Shown in pieces: positions 1 to 9,780 of a DNA stretch of 64,000 nucleotides. The translations under genes were made by a program, and so were the position numbers. Position 1 is the first letter of the stretch. Each line of letters begins with the position of its first letter. The stretch is from contig JBHHYN010000002.1 of NCBI GenBank assembly GCA_046757565.1, positions 15,212 through 79,211 of the forward strand. Direction: 5' to 3'. This DNA comes from Gammaproteobacteria bacterium. Lineage in GTDB: Bacteria > Pseudomonadota > Gammaproteobacteria > Eutrophobiales > Eutrophobiaceae. A model generated the notes under the pieces. The model saw nothing but the letters and a program-made list of their open reading frames with translations, searched no databases and had not been told where the DNA came from.

Positions 1-406
1 ACAGTTGTGCGTTGGGCGCCTTCCGGTCCAGTTTGCTCATGGCCAGATAGCCCCAGCTGCCACCGTTATCCGCCTTTTGGATCTGCACGGTCTGCAGATA
101 GCCGTCCTCGATGCGTGTAATGATATGCCAAGGGGGGTTGGCATCGGTCTCGGTATAACCCGGCCCGCGGCCAACTTCGTCTTCGGCCCAGCGCTGTCGG
201 TAAAATTCAGCGACCTTATCCGGATGGTCACGGGTGGAGAACTGGCGGATGTCCATACTGCGTCCCTGGATGGTAATGTTTTTCCCGACCACGACGACGC
301 CGGCATTCGCCGGGGCGGGAAATTCCGGTGGCTTCGCTGTCACCGTGTTGCTGGCCAGGACGAGACTGGTCAGGACGGCAAGTGGCGGGTAGGGCAGGCG
401 CATCAT
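1..406 (-). CDS. Hypothetical secreted protein (5'-truncated by window edge; N-terminal signal peptide MMRLPYPPLAVLTSLVLASNTVTA)
   Basis: Manual translation of minus strand 406->1 is open to the window edge. Its ATG overlaps the TGA stop of the upstream TadE-like gene (ATGA). Not in the ORF track because it runs off the window. Confidence 0.5.
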   Translation of the reverse strand, partial: MMRLPYPPLAVLTSLVLASNTVTAKPPEFPAPANAGVVVVGKNITIQGRSMDIRQFSTRDHPDKVAEFYRQRWAEDEVGRGPGYTETDANPPWHIITRIEDGYLQTVQIQKADNGGSWGYLAMSKLDRKAPNAQL

Positions 407-1431
407 GGTATACACTCGGAATGGGAGAGGGGGATATTGGGTTTCAGGCGGCAGCGTCCGGAGGCATCGCAGACATGGGTGCCGCCGCCGGAAAGCCGGT
501 CCGGATGCACCGTATCGCTGTCCACATAGCCGAACCAGAGGCTGCCCTCGTCCCCGACGAAAGGGGAATGCGGCTTCCCCGGTTTGCAACGGGTCAATTC
601 CGGCGCCATGAACGAGGCAACGTCCCAGATCGTACCCATCACCGGCAGCTTAAGCACTTGCCGGAACAGGGTGGCAGGGGCGGTCCCCCCGACCTGTTCG
701 TAGGTGTGCGCCGTACCGCCGGAACTCCAGCCTTCGCTCAGCACCCCGGCGCGGACGGCGATGGCGGTGCTGGCCGGCGTATCATAAACATCGATGGCGT
801 TGGGGTAGGTGGCGACCGGCACGTCAAGGCCGACGCGGGTATAACCCTTGGTATTTATGGCGCTGAATTCCGCCTGGCCGTTCAGAAAACCAAACAGCTT
901 GCCCATGGCACCGAAAAACTTATTAAAAATACCGGCGATAAAGGAAACCACCTTGCCGGAATCCACGCCAAAGATCTTGAAACCGGGGGTATCCCTGCCG
1001 GTGTTCAGGGACGTGGCCAGGCTGCCGCCATAAAGCGAAGCCCCCTTGTGGTCCGTCCATAAAGGGTTACGATCCGCCTCCACCCAGAGACTGGCATCAA
1101 TAGGCAGGGCCTGCTTGCCTTCCCGGATGTAGGAAAAAAAGCGTCGCTGGGATTCCGCTGCCGTGAGCGCCGGCGGTTTGTAGGGAATGGTGGCGGCGCT
1201 GAAATTCTTCAGGATGTCATGTTTGTCGGCCTTGTTGTGCCAGGCGGTGTATTCCCAGGCCTGATAACGGGCGGCATTGATAGCGGTGTGCTTGATGTCG
1301 ATATATTTGGCCAGCAGCGGGATTATCAGAAACAGCGGCACCAGCACGTAGGCCGCGCACACCTGAAATTCGGTCATGGCCTGGCCGCCGTGCCGCCGTG
1401 CCTGTGTGCGATTCTGCCGAACAGTAGACAT
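403..1431 (-). CDS. TadE-like pseudopilin/pilus-assembly protein (Flp/Tad system)
   Basis: N-terminus RRHGGQAMTEFQVCAAYVLVPLFLIIPLL matches the TadE-like pattern (basic stretch, conserved E, hydrophobic helix). Translationally coupled between the TadG-like gene and the downstream secreted-protein gene. Confidence 0.6.
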   Translation of the reverse strand: MSTVRQNRTQARRHGGQAMTEFQVCAAYVLVPLFLIIPLLAKYIDIKHTAINAARYQAWEYTAWHNKADKHDILKNFSAATIPYKPPALTAAESQRRFFSYIREGKQALPIDASLWVEADRNPLWTDHKGASLYGGSLATSLNTGRDTPGFKIFGVDSGKVVSFIAGIFNKFFGAMGKLFGFLNGQAEFSAINTKGYTRVGLDVPVATYPNAIDVYDTPASTAIAVRAGVLSEGWSSGGTAHTYEQVGGTAPATLFRQVLKLPVMGTIWDVASFMAPELTRCKPGKPHSPFVGDEGSLWFGYVDSDTVHPDRLSGGGTHVCDASGRCRLKPNIPLSHSECIP

Positions 1432-1433
1432 GG

Positions 1434-3425
1434 TTAGAACCCGAACAGGGTGATCATCGGTCCCAGCAGACTGGAGAGTGCGTACGGGGCGCCGCCGCCC
1501 TCCACATCCGCTCCCTGTTGCAACAACACTGCTGCCGTGCGGTCCGCGTGGGAGGTCTCTACCAGATGGGCCTGCCAGTAGGGATTAAAGGCGCTGCCCG
1601 CCTCCTGCTGGCCGTCGCCACGGGCAAAATAACTCAAATCGGTGGGGCGTTTGAAATAGACTTCGGACTTCGCCAGGACATCGAGCTGGCCGGCGCCCAG
1701 CTTTTCCGTCAACTGAAAGCGGCCGCCGGGCTCAGTCTCCGGGTTTTTACCGTCACTGGAGCGATCGAAGGCCGCCTCGTCCAGGGTGACGCCGATCACG
1801 ATCTGCGGTCCGCCTGAGCCATGCAGCGGGCGCTGGTTGTTGACGCCGGGGTCGAGAACAGTGTCCGTGTAGCGGGGCAGGCCGGCGTAGTTTTTATTGA
1901 CCTGGCGTTTCCCCATGCCGGCCTGAAAGAAGATGCCGGGGGGCAGGGGGAACTCCCAGGCCAGCAGGTTATTGGCGCTGCTGCCATAGGCGTCTTTCGG
2001 GACCGGGCCTTTCAGTGCCGCGGATTTAATGCTCCCCATATGCGGTTTCTTGCTGGCCAGGAAGTTGTTCAACTTCTTCTTGTTCTTGCCCGCCTGGGCA
2101 AAGCCTGCGCCGAAAGGGAATTTGGTTGGCAAGGGTTTGTCAATGATGGTCAGTTTTTTGCCCAGAATGGTTGCCCCGGCTTTAATGCGATCATTCTTGG
2201 CCACAAGATCTGCCCCGATATCCAGTATCTTGATACGTTTTTTCACAATGGGGATGACGATCCAGGCCTTGACCGAGAAACCGCCCCGCAGTCCAAGGCC
2301 GAGATTGGTGGTGTCCGCGGCGGACCAGTTGAAAAACTGGCCGGCGGCCTTGCCCTTATCGGTGCCGTTCAGCGGCACCACCAGCCGCAGTTCCCCACCC
2401 CCTTCGCGCGCGAGTTTCATGTGGATTTGCAGGTACATTCGCCAGGCGACTTCAGCGACACCGAAATAGAAGTGCTGGCCCGTGTCCAGCCCGTACCAGC
2501 CGTCGCCATCGCTGTCTTCGCTGTATTTTATCGGGCCCAGGTCCGGCAGCACCCCTGCATTATGGAGTTCTTTGAAGAGATCGAAATCCCAGCCCCGCGC
2601 CTTGGTAAAGATATCGCCGGAATCGTAGACCAGGGCAGCCAGCCGGGCATATCCCCCGGCGTCGGTATTGCCGGCAATGTCACTGTTGATAGCGGCCTTT
2701 TTCACCCTGGTGGTGGGGTCATAGTTATGGGTGAATTTTTTGCCGGGTAATTTCGGCAGGGCGCCATAGGTGGCCAGATGGCCGATCAGGGACAACAGGC
2801 CATACTCCGACAGACGCGCGCCGTCGGGAGCATTCTGATCAATCATCTCGGATACGGCACCGAGGGCATAGACGGTGCTGGTCATATGAAAAATGTATTC
2901 GGCCCAGCCATAACCCTGGTTGAAGAAATGTACGCTAGTGACCGGTTTGTCCGCCAGCTTGGTCATGAATGGCACGATAAATTTATCACCGCTTATTCTG
3001 AAGAACTTGCCCATGGCTTCGAGGGCGCCGGCCAGCGGCGCCAGGGGGGTGGGCTTCAAGGGTGTGGCATAGGCGCGCAGATAGTCGTCGAAGGAGCGCC
3101 AGTGATACGCCCAGGACGCCAGTCCCACCATTTGCCCAATGCTGACTTCATTGGCGATGATGGCGCGGTTCATATAGGCGGCAAAGTTCAGGTCCCGCGC
3201 CTCGATAACCGAGACGCTGTAGGCGACGGCATCGGCGGCGTTCTGCAGCTCCATTTTGTCGCTGGTGAGCTTGCCGGCCTTATACAGAAACGCCATGGCG
3301 ACCACCAGCACCGCCAGGAAAACGTAGACGAAAACGGCGGCCTGCCCCTGCTGCCGTCTCCATAACGACACTACACTCTTGAACTGCTTTCTGCCCTTGC
3401 CAGCTCTCGAAGCAAGGTCAAGCAT
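1434..3425 (-). CDS. TadG-like Flp pilus assembly protein (Tad N-terminal domain, 663 aa)
   Basis: N-terminal TM helix followed by MELQNAADAVAYSVSV, the conserved ELQNAADAAALA-type motif of the TadE/G-like (Tad) domain. Lies directly downstream of the flp pilin gene. Confidence 0.65.
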   Translation of the reverse strand: MLDLASRAGKGRKQFKSVVSLWRRQQGQAAVFVYVFLAVLVVAMAFLYKAGKLTSDKMELQNAADAVAYSVSVIEARDLNFAAYMNRAIIANEVSIGQMVGLASWAYHWRSFDDYLRAYATPLKPTPLAPLAGALEAMGKFFRISGDKFIVPFMTKLADKPVTSVHFFNQGYGWAEYIFHMTSTVYALGAVSEMIDQNAPDGARLSEYGLLSLIGHLATYGALPKLPGKKFTHNYDPTTRVKKAAINSDIAGNTDAGGYARLAALVYDSGDIFTKARGWDFDLFKELHNAGVLPDLGPIKYSEDSDGDGWYGLDTGQHFYFGVAEVAWRMYLQIHMKLAREGGGELRLVVPLNGTDKGKAAGQFFNWSAADTTNLGLGLRGGFSVKAWIVIPIVKKRIKILDIGADLVAKNDRIKAGATILGKKLTIIDKPLPTKFPFGAGFAQAGKNKKKLNNFLASKKPHMGSIKSAALKGPVPKDAYGSSANNLLAWEFPLPPGIFFQAGMGKRQVNKNYAGLPRYTDTVLDPGVNNQRPLHGSGGPQIVIGVTLDEAAFDRSSDGKNPETEPGGRFQLTEKLGAGQLDVLAKSEVYFKRPTDLSYFARGDGQQEAGSAFNPYWQAHLVETSHADRTAAVLLQQGADVEGGGAPYALSSLLGPMITLFGF

Positions 3426-3443
3426 CCGCTGTGGGACAGAGAA

Positions 3444-3692
3444 TTACTGACCGGCGCCGGTATAGGTGCCCAAATCTTTATGTGCACTCTCGGCTTTTGC
3501 TTGATCCGCTGCAGCCTGTGCTGCTTTGGTATCGGCTTTCTTGCCGGCCAATTCCTGCGTCATGGATCCCATCTGGCTACGCAGGGTATCGCCAAAGAAC
3601 GAGTAGACGGCAATGGCGGCGATGGCGATCAGGGCAACGATAATGATGTACTCCGTCATGCCCTGTCCGATCTGCTTGAAGAATTTTTTCAT
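3444..3692 (-). CDS. flp: Flp-family type IVb prepilin
   Basis: MKKFFKQIGQG/MTEYIIIVALIAIAAIAVYSFFG: leader ending in Gly, then the G-x-T-E-Y motif and hydrophobic helix typical of Flp prepilins. SD GGAGG lies 8 nt upstream. Confidence 0.8.
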   Translation of the reverse strand: MKKFFKQIGQGMTEYIIIVALIAIAAIAVYSFFGDTLRSQMGSMTQELAGKKADTKAAQAAADQAKAESAHKDLGTYTGAGQ

Positions 3693-3779
3693 CGGAATCC
3701 TCCGGTACGGATTGGTTAAGCTTTTTGTCCGCCGGCTGTTATGATTATGGAGTTCACGATTTTATCTGCCGGCCACCAA

Positions 3780-3808
3780 ATTATGGCGTTTAGCGTTGGG
3801 TAAAGCAA
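3780..3808 (-). promoter_or_regulatory. Putative sigma70 promoter for flp operon (-35 TTGCTT, 17-bp spacer, -10 CATAAT on minus strand)
   Basis: Reverse complement of 3780-3808 reads TTGCTT-N17-CATAAT, about 85 nt upstream of the flp start. Confidence 0.3.
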
Positions 3809-3847
3809 TACGGTGTAGAATGTATGTGATGTTTTTCACACATCTTA

Positions 3848-3877
3848 CCTTGAAATTTCGCCGTTTCACCCCTAAAT
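3848..3877 (+). promoter_or_regulatory. sigma32 (heat-shock) promoter of htpG
   Basis: CCTTGAAA (3848-3855), 13-nt spacer, CCCCTAAAT (3869-3877) matches the sigma32 consensus CTTGAAA-N13/14-CCCCATNT, about 50 nt upstream of the htpG ATG. Confidence 0.7.
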
Positions 3878-3924
3878 AAGGGGTGGCTGAATCAACCAAA
3901 ACATAATGAAGGAAACCGGCGCTA

Positions 3925-5844
3925 ATGACGACTGCAACGAATAAACAGACCCTGGGGTTCCAGGCCGAGGTCCAGCAGCTGCTGGACCTGATGATCCACT
4001 CCCTGTACAGCAACAAGGAGATCTTCCTGAGGGAATTGATATCCAATGCCTCCGATGCGGCGGATAAACTGCGCTTTGAAGGGCTCAGGGACGACAGCCT
4101 CTATGAAAATGATCCGGACCTCAAAATCCGGGTGGAATACAACAAGGAGCAAAAAACCCTCAGCGTCATCGACAATGGTATCGGCATGTCGCGGGACGAG
4201 GTGGTAGACAATCTGGGGATGATTGCCAAATCCGGTACCAAACAGTTCTTTGAGGCCCTGACCGGCGATCAAAACCAGGACTCCCGGCTCATCGGCCAGT
4301 TCGGGGTGGGTTTCTACTCCTCTTTTATTGTCGCCAGGAGCGTTGAGGTAGTCACCCGGCGGGCAGGGCTGTCGCGCCATGAAGGGGTGCGCTGGATCTC
4401 GAGCGGTGAAGGTGATTACACTATCGAGACTGTCGACCGGCCAAAACGGGGCACCCGGGTCGTGTTAACTCTGCGTGACGAGGAGCAGGAATTTCTCGAT
4501 GGGTTCCGGATACGCTCGATTATCCGTAAATATTCCGATCACATCTCCCTGCCCATCATCATGATGACGGAAGGTGAAGATGAGAAAAAGAAGGGGAAAG
4601 GGGAAGAGACGGTCAACAGTGGCACCGCCCTGTGGACACGGTCCAGGAAGGAGATCAAGGAGGAGGAGTATCATGAATTCTACAAACATGTGGGCCATGA
4701 TTTTGAGGACCCCATGGCCTATGTGCACAACAAGGTTGAAGGCAAACTGGAATATACCAGTCTTCTGTTTATTCCCTCCAGAGCCCCGTTTGATCTGTGG
4801 GACAGGGAGCAGCGGCATGGTGTGAAACTCTATGTGAGGCGGATATTTATCATGGATGATGCCGAACAGCTTATCCCGGCCTATCTGAGATTTGTGCGGG
4901 GCATCGTCGATTCCGATGACCTGCCGCTGAATATTTCCCGCGAGATCCTGCAGCACAACAAGACCATCGATGCCATCCGCGGCGGTTGTACCCGGAAAAT
5001 CCTGGACCTGCTTAAATCCATTGCTGAAAAGGATATGGAGAAATATGCCCGCTTCTGGAAGGAGTTTGGCCGTGTATTGAAGGAGGGGGTGATCGGAGAG
5101 CATGAAAAAGGGGAAGATCTTGCGAAACTGTTCCGGTTTGCCTCGACCCATGAAGACAGGGAGGAGCAGACCGTTGCGTTGCAGGACTACGTCGGCCGAA
5201 TGAAGGATGGCCAGAAAGCCATCTATTATGTTACGGCGGAAAACTACGCAACGGCAAAGAACAGTCCCCATCTTGAGATCTTCAAGGAAAAGGGGATTGA
5301 AGTCCTGTTGCTGACCGATCCCATCGATGAGTGGTTGACGGCCCATCTCACGGAATTTGATGGAAAGCCACTGCAATCAGTCAGCAAGGGTGAACTGGAT
5401 CTGGACGGGCTGGGTGACAAGCAGACAAAGAAGGCTGCAAAAAAGGGTGGCAAGAAGTATGTCAATCTCACCAAACGCATCAAGAAGGCGCTTGGCGATC
5501 AGGTCAAGGAGGTGCGCATCACCCATCGCCTGATCAACTCACCCGCTTGCCTGGTGGTTGACGAACAGGCCATGGGCAGGCACCTGGAACAATTGCTCAA
5601 GGCCTCGGGCCAGCAGATCCCGGGCTCCAAACCGATACTGGAAGTCAATCCGGCACACCCTATGGTGCTGCACCTGCAGGATGAGAAGGGGGAGGAACGG
5701 GTCAAGGATTGGTCGCAAATACTGTTCGACCAGGCCCTGCTCAGCGAGGGTGGCAGGTTGGATGATCCGGCTGCATTTGTACACCGGCTGAACAGTCTGT
5801 TTCTGGGGCTGACAGAGCGTGAGCCGGGCAACCCTGACGAGTGA
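3925..5844 (+). CDS. htpG: Chaperone HtpG (Hsp90)
   Basis: 639 aa. N-terminus FQAEVQQLLDLMIHSLYSNKEIFLRELISNASDAADKLRF is the canonical HtpG ATPase motif; alignable to E. coli HtpG over the full length. Confidence 0.97.
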   Translation: MTTATNKQTLGFQAEVQQLLDLMIHSLYSNKEIFLRELISNASDAADKLRFEGLRDDSLYENDPDLKIRVEYNKEQKTLSVIDNGIGMSRDEVVDNLGMIAKSGTKQFFEALTGDQNQDSRLIGQFGVGFYSSFIVARSVEVVTRRAGLSRHEGVRWISSGEGDYTIETVDRPKRGTRVVLTLRDEEQEFLDGFRIRSIIRKYSDHISLPIIMMTEGEDEKKKGKGEETVNSGTALWTRSRKEIKEEEYHEFYKHVGHDFEDPMAYVHNKVEGKLEYTSLLFIPSRAPFDLWDREQRHGVKLYVRRIFIMDDAEQLIPAYLRFVRGIVDSDDLPLNISREILQHNKTIDAIRGGCTRKILDLLKSIAEKDMEKYARFWKEFGRVLKEGVIGEHEKGEDLAKLFRFASTHEDREEQTVALQDYVGRMKDGQKAIYYVTAENYATAKNSPHLEIFKEKGIEVLLLTDPIDEWLTAHLTEFDGKPLQSVSKGELDLDGLGDKQTKKAAKKGGKKYVNLTKRIKKALGDQVKEVRITHRLINSPACLVVDEQAMGRHLEQLLKASGQQIPGSKPILEVNPAHPMVLHLQDEKGEERVKDWSQILFDQALLSEGGRLDDPAAFVHRLNSLFLGLTEREPGNPDE

Positions 5845-6036
5845 CACGGATATCCCCATCAGATTAAGGCGCGGTTCGAATGTATGCGGATGTAATGATA
5901 GCCTGTACCGGTTCTTGTGTCGCAGGACCGTACCCACCGTCCCGGGTTACAGGCGGTGATCAATATAATCCTGTCATCCTGCAGGATAAATCGACTAGAA
6001 TTGAATCTGGGTGCGATGAGATCCCGATAATTACCA

Positions 6037-7662
6037 ATGGAAATTTCGAAAGTCGATTTCTCGAATCTTCTTGAAGAGCTGACCGACATCGGTATTGCCT
6101 TGTCGGCGCAGAAGGACCACAGCCGGCTACTGGAGATGATTCTGCTCAAGGCCAAGGAACTGACTAACGCTGATGGGGGCACCCTCTATACCCGCACCGA
6201 GGATGATCAACTAAGGTTCGAGATCATGCTGACCGAATCACTGGGATTTCATAAAGGCGGCACCAGCGGCGAAACCATTGAATTCTACCCCATCTCCCTG
6301 TATGACAAAGAGGGCAATCCAAATAAACATATGGTGGCCTCATGGGCTGCTTTGAGTGGTGAAACTGTTAATATCAAAGATGCCTATATCGACGAACAGT
6401 TCGATTTTTCCGGCACACGCCAGTTTGACAAGAAGACGGGTTACCGTTCGAAATCGTTTCTGACTGTGCCACTGACCAATCATGAGAACGAGAACATCGG
6501 TGTTTTACAACTACTGAATGCCCAGGATCCCGAAACGGGAGCGGTCATACCCTTTTCTGATCTGGACCAGCAGGTGGTGGAATCACTGGCTTCCCAGGCA
6601 GCGGTAACGATCACCAATCGCAGCCTCATCGATGCCTTGAAGCAGCTGTTCGATGCCATGATCCAGTTAATTGCCAATGCCATCGATGAGAAATCGCCCT
6701 ATACCGCCGGTCATTGCCGCAGGGTCCCGGAGCTGACCAACATGATTGCCGCAGCTGCTTGCAATGTAAAGACCGGACCACTGAAGGATTTTGATATGGA
6801 TGAAAAGGAGAAATATGCACTGGATGTGGCCGGCTGGCTGCATGATTGCGGCAAGATTACCACGCCCGAACATGTGGTGGATAAAGGCACCAAGCTGGAA
6901 ACTATCTACGACCGGATACATACCGTCGAGACCCGGTTCGAAGTGCTGGTCCGGGACCGGGAGATCGCTGCGTTACGGCGCAGGCTGGAACAACATAATA
7001 TTGATAGTGCTCTGGATAACGACGAGGCCTACCAATCCGGGATTGATCAACTCAATGAAGCAAGGGAGTTAGTCCGTGCCGGTAACATCGGTGGTGAATT
7101 CATGAGTGACGAGAACCAGGACCGGATCAGACAGATCGCCAAACAAAAGTGGACCGACCATGAGGGCAAGGAACGCAATCTGTTGACGGATAATGAGGTG
7201 CAAAATCTGGTGATTGGGAGGGGCACGCTGACAGTGCGTGAGCGGGAGATTATCAACAACCATATCTCCGTTACCATCAAGATGCTGGAATCCCTGCCTT
7301 ATCCGAAACATCTTGCCCGCGTCCCGGAGTATGCCGGCGGTCATCATGAGAAAATGGACGGTACCGGTTATCCCCGGGGCCTGACCCGTGAACAGATGTC
7401 CATCCCTGCGCGAATGATGGGGATTGCGGACATTTTTGAGGCGTTAACGGCCGGCGACCGCCCCTACAAGAAGGCAATGCCCCTGTCCCAGGCACTGAAA
7501 ATACTGGGCAACATGAAGCTTGAACAGCATATCGATCCGGACCTGTTTGACATATTTATCCATGACAAGGTCTATATGAAATATGCTGAGAAGTTCCTTG
7601 CTCCGGAACAGATCGATGATTTTGATATCACAACGATCCCGGGATATGCGCCGGTTCAGTAA
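6037..7662 (+). CDS. HD-GYP domain c-di-GMP phosphodiesterase with N-terminal GAF-like sensor domain
   Basis: HDCGKITTPEHV ... GGHHEKMDGTGYPRGL are HD and GYP signature motifs. The N-terminal ~200 aa is GAF-like. Confidence 0.85.
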   Translation: MEISKVDFSNLLEELTDIGIALSAQKDHSRLLEMILLKAKELTNADGGTLYTRTEDDQLRFEIMLTESLGFHKGGTSGETIEFYPISLYDKEGNPNKHMVASWAALSGETVNIKDAYIDEQFDFSGTRQFDKKTGYRSKSFLTVPLTNHENENIGVLQLLNAQDPETGAVIPFSDLDQQVVESLASQAAVTITNRSLIDALKQLFDAMIQLIANAIDEKSPYTAGHCRRVPELTNMIAAAACNVKTGPLKDFDMDEKEKYALDVAGWLHDCGKITTPEHVVDKGTKLETIYDRIHTVETRFEVLVRDREIAALRRRLEQHNIDSALDNDEAYQSGIDQLNEARELVRAGNIGGEFMSDENQDRIRQIAKQKWTDHEGKERNLLTDNEVQNLVIGRGTLTVREREIINNHISVTIKMLESLPYPKHLARVPEYAGGHHEKMDGTGYPRGLTREQMSIPARMMGIADIFEALTAGDRPYKKAMPLSQALKILGNMKLEQHIDPDLFDIFIHDKVYMKYAEKFLAPEQIDDFDITTIPGYAPVQ

Positions 7663-7663
7663 C

Positions 7664-7692
7664 TGAAGGTTCAGGGTTCAAGGTTCAACGTT
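7664..7692. repeat. Heptamer tandem repeat (AAGGTTC/AGGGTTC x ~4) immediately after HD-GYP stop
   Basis: ctgAAGGTTCAGGGTTCAAGGTTCAACGTT. The core GGTTC is the reverse complement of the GAACC heptamers at 22055 and 25841. Confidence 0.8.
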
Positions 7693-7768
7693 AGATATTA
7701 TTACTGATCCATTAATCACACCGCGCCAACTCGTCCGCTGGGCGGAGCAATGTTTCAGGGAAGCAGAT

Positions 7769-8599
7769 TTGTACTATGGGCATGGTACGGACAATCCTTT
7801 CGATGAAGCAGTTTACCTGGTGTTGCGGGCGCTTGCTCTGCCGTTTGACGTCGATGATGCTGTGCTTGATGCGCCCATTACCGGGGAAGAACGGCGACGG
7901 GTTATGGTGCTTGTCGAAAGACGTATTCAATTGCGGCTACCGGTCGCTTACCTGATCAACGAAGCCTGGTTCTCCGGCCTCCCCTTTTACGTCGATGAAC
8001 GTGTTCTGGTGCCGCGTTCACCGATTGCCGAATTGATTGAGGAACGGTTCTCCCCATGGCTGCAGGAATCAGCTATCACCCGTATACTGGATATTGGCAC
8101 CGGAAGTGGTTGTATTGCCGTGGCCTGCGCCCTGGCCTTCCCCCATGCAAGGGTTGATGCGGTGGATAGCAGCAGTGCCGCCCTTGCGGTGGCAGACAGG
8201 AATATCGTTCACTATCAACTGTCGGATCGGGTCCGTCTTCTACAATCGGATCTGTATGCGGCGCTTGGAGCGCAGCGCTACGATGTGATTGTTGCCAATC
8301 CGCCTTATGTCAGCGCGAACGAACTGTCGCACCTGCCTCCGGAATACCGGCATGAACCGCTCCCGGCGCTGCATGCCGGAGAAGGCGGCCTGGCTGTGGT
8401 GCGCCGGTTATTGACGCATACGCGCCCTCATCTTGAGGGGCATGGAGTCCTCATCGTCGAGGTAGGCAACCGGCAGGATGCAGTGAGCCAGGCATTTCCC
8501 GACCTGCCGTTTATCTGGCTCGAGTTTGAGCGGGGCGGCGAAGGTGTCTTCTTATTGAGGGCAACGGACCTGGCGCACAGCAGTGCCTTTGCTGACTGA
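7769..8599 (+). CDS. prmB: Ribosomal protein L3 glutamine N5-methyltransferase PrmB (start uncertain)
   Basis: Strong full-length similarity to E. coli PrmB ([22 protein letters not shown] motifs). prmB-aroC synteny as in E. coli. Homology continues upstream of the TTG at 7769. Confidence 0.85.
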   Translation: MYYGHGTDNPFDEAVYLVLRALALPFDVDDAVLDAPITGEERRRVMVLVERRIQLRLPVAYLINEAWFSGLPFYVDERVLVPRSPIAELIEERFSPWLQESAITRILDIGTGSGCIAVACALAFPHARVDAVDSSSAALAVADRNIVHYQLSDRVRLLQSDLYAALGAQRYDVIVANPPYVSANELSHLPPEYRHEPLPALHAGEGGLAVVRRLLTHTRPHLEGHGVLIVEVGNRQDAVSQAFPDLPFIWLEFERGGEGVFLLRATDLAHSSAFAD

Positions 8600-8679
8600 C
8601 AAGATTCCGGCCCAGGTACATATTGTCAGCGCCATTCTTTACGAGCGTTATGGGTCATATCCCGCTAGAATATTCACCC

Positions 8680-9780
8680 ATGTCGGGAAATACATTCGGA
8701 AAATTATTCACGGTCACGCAGTGTGGTGAGAGCCACGGCGCCGGCTATCTGTGTATCGTCGATGGCTGTCCTCCGGGAATGACCCTTGGCGAAACCGATT
8801 TGCAGAAAGACCTGGACCGCCGTAAACCCGGTAAGTCCCGCCACGTTACGCAACGGCGGGAATCAGACAGGGTCAATATTATCTCCGGTGTGTTTGAAGG
8901 AACGACAACAGGTACCCCAATCGGGCTCTTGATTGAAAATGAGGATCAACGCTCCAGAGACTATTCCGGCATTAAGGACCGCTTCCGTCCCGGGCATGCG
9001 GACTATACCTATCAACAGAAATACGGCATCCGCGATTACCGCGGCGGCGGCCGTGCCTCGGCGCGCGAGACCTGCATGCGGGTGGCGGCGGGGGCCATTG
9101 CAAAAAAATACCTTTATGAACACTATCGTCTGCTTGTGCGTGCATATCTGGCGCAACTTGGACCGATTCCCATCGAACACAAGGACTGGAACGAAGTCGA
9201 AGGCAACCCCTTCTTTTGTCCCGATGCGGACAAGGTGGCGGAACTGGAAGCCTACATGGATGCCTTGCGCAAGCAAGGTAATTCGGTGGGGGCGCGGGTC
9301 AATGTGGTTGCCGAAAACGTGCCGGCCGGTCTGGGTGAGCCGGTATTCGATCGTCTGGATGCGGATATCGCCAAGGCCATGATGAGCATTAATGCCGTGA
9401 AGGCCGTTGAGATGGGGGCGGGTTTCGATGCCGTCGAACAGAAAGGCACTGAACACCGCGACGAGATCACGCCCGGCGGGTTTTTGAGTAATCGCGCCGG
9501 CGGCGTGCTGGGGGGGATCTCTTCCGGTCAGGATATCCTGGTCAGTATGGCCCTCAAACCGACATCGAGTATCCGCTTGCCTGCCAGGACCGTCAACATC
9601 AAGGGAGAAGCGGTCGAGGTTGCTACGACTGGCCGTCATGATCCCTGCGTCGGTATCCGCGCTGTGCCTATTGCCGAAGCGATGCTGGCGCTGGTGCTGA
9701 TGGATCACGCCCTGCGCCACCGGGCGCAGAATCTGGACGTGAAATCCGAAACACCGCTCATTCCCGCATCGGCTGATTGA
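8680..9780 (+). CDS. aroC: Chorismate synthase
   Basis: [23 protein letters not shown] matches the AroC N-terminus (E. coli [20 protein letters not shown]). The ORF-track start at 8623 is probably too early. Confidence 0.93.
   Translation: MSGNTFGKLFTVTQCGESHGAGYLCIVDGCPPGMTLGETDLQKDLDRRKPGKSRHVTQRRESDRVNIISGVFEGTTTGTPIGLLIENEDQRSRDYSGIKDRFRPGHADYTYQQKYGIRDYRGGGRASARETCMRVAAGAIAKKYLYEHYRLLVRAYLAQLGPIPIEHKDWNEVEGNPFFCPDADKVAELEAYMDALRKQGNSVGARVNVVAENVPAGLGEPVFDRLDADIAKAMMSINAVKAVEMGAGFDAVEQKGTEHRDEITPGGFLSNRAGGVLGGISSGQDILVSMALKPTSSIRLPARTVNIKGEAVEVATTGRHDPCVGIRAVPIAEAMLALVLMDHALRHRAQNLDVKSETPLIPASAD

Noticed and set aside
5-1062. Plus-strand ORFs 5..529, 328..1062 and 405..611 at the window start
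   Set aside because: They are antisense to the coherent minus-strand secreted-protein and TadE-like genes. GC-rich open frames with no motifs; treated as shadow ORFs.
1821-2750. 309-aa plus-strand ORF inside the TadG-like gene
   Set aside because: Antisense shadow ORF. The translation is Gly/Ala/Arg-rich junk with no recognisable domain.
4465-5376. 303-aa minus-strand ORF opposite htpG
   Set aside because: Fully contained antisense to a highly conserved htpG. No motif.
5868-5880. GGTTCGAATG resembling a tRNA T-arm
   Set aside because: No acceptor stem, anticodon arm or D-arm can be drawn around it. Not a tRNA.
8623-8679. Extended N-terminus of aroC in the ORF track ([19 protein letters not shown])
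   Set aside because: Chorismate synthases begin at the M(A/S)GNT motif. The start was moved to 8680.
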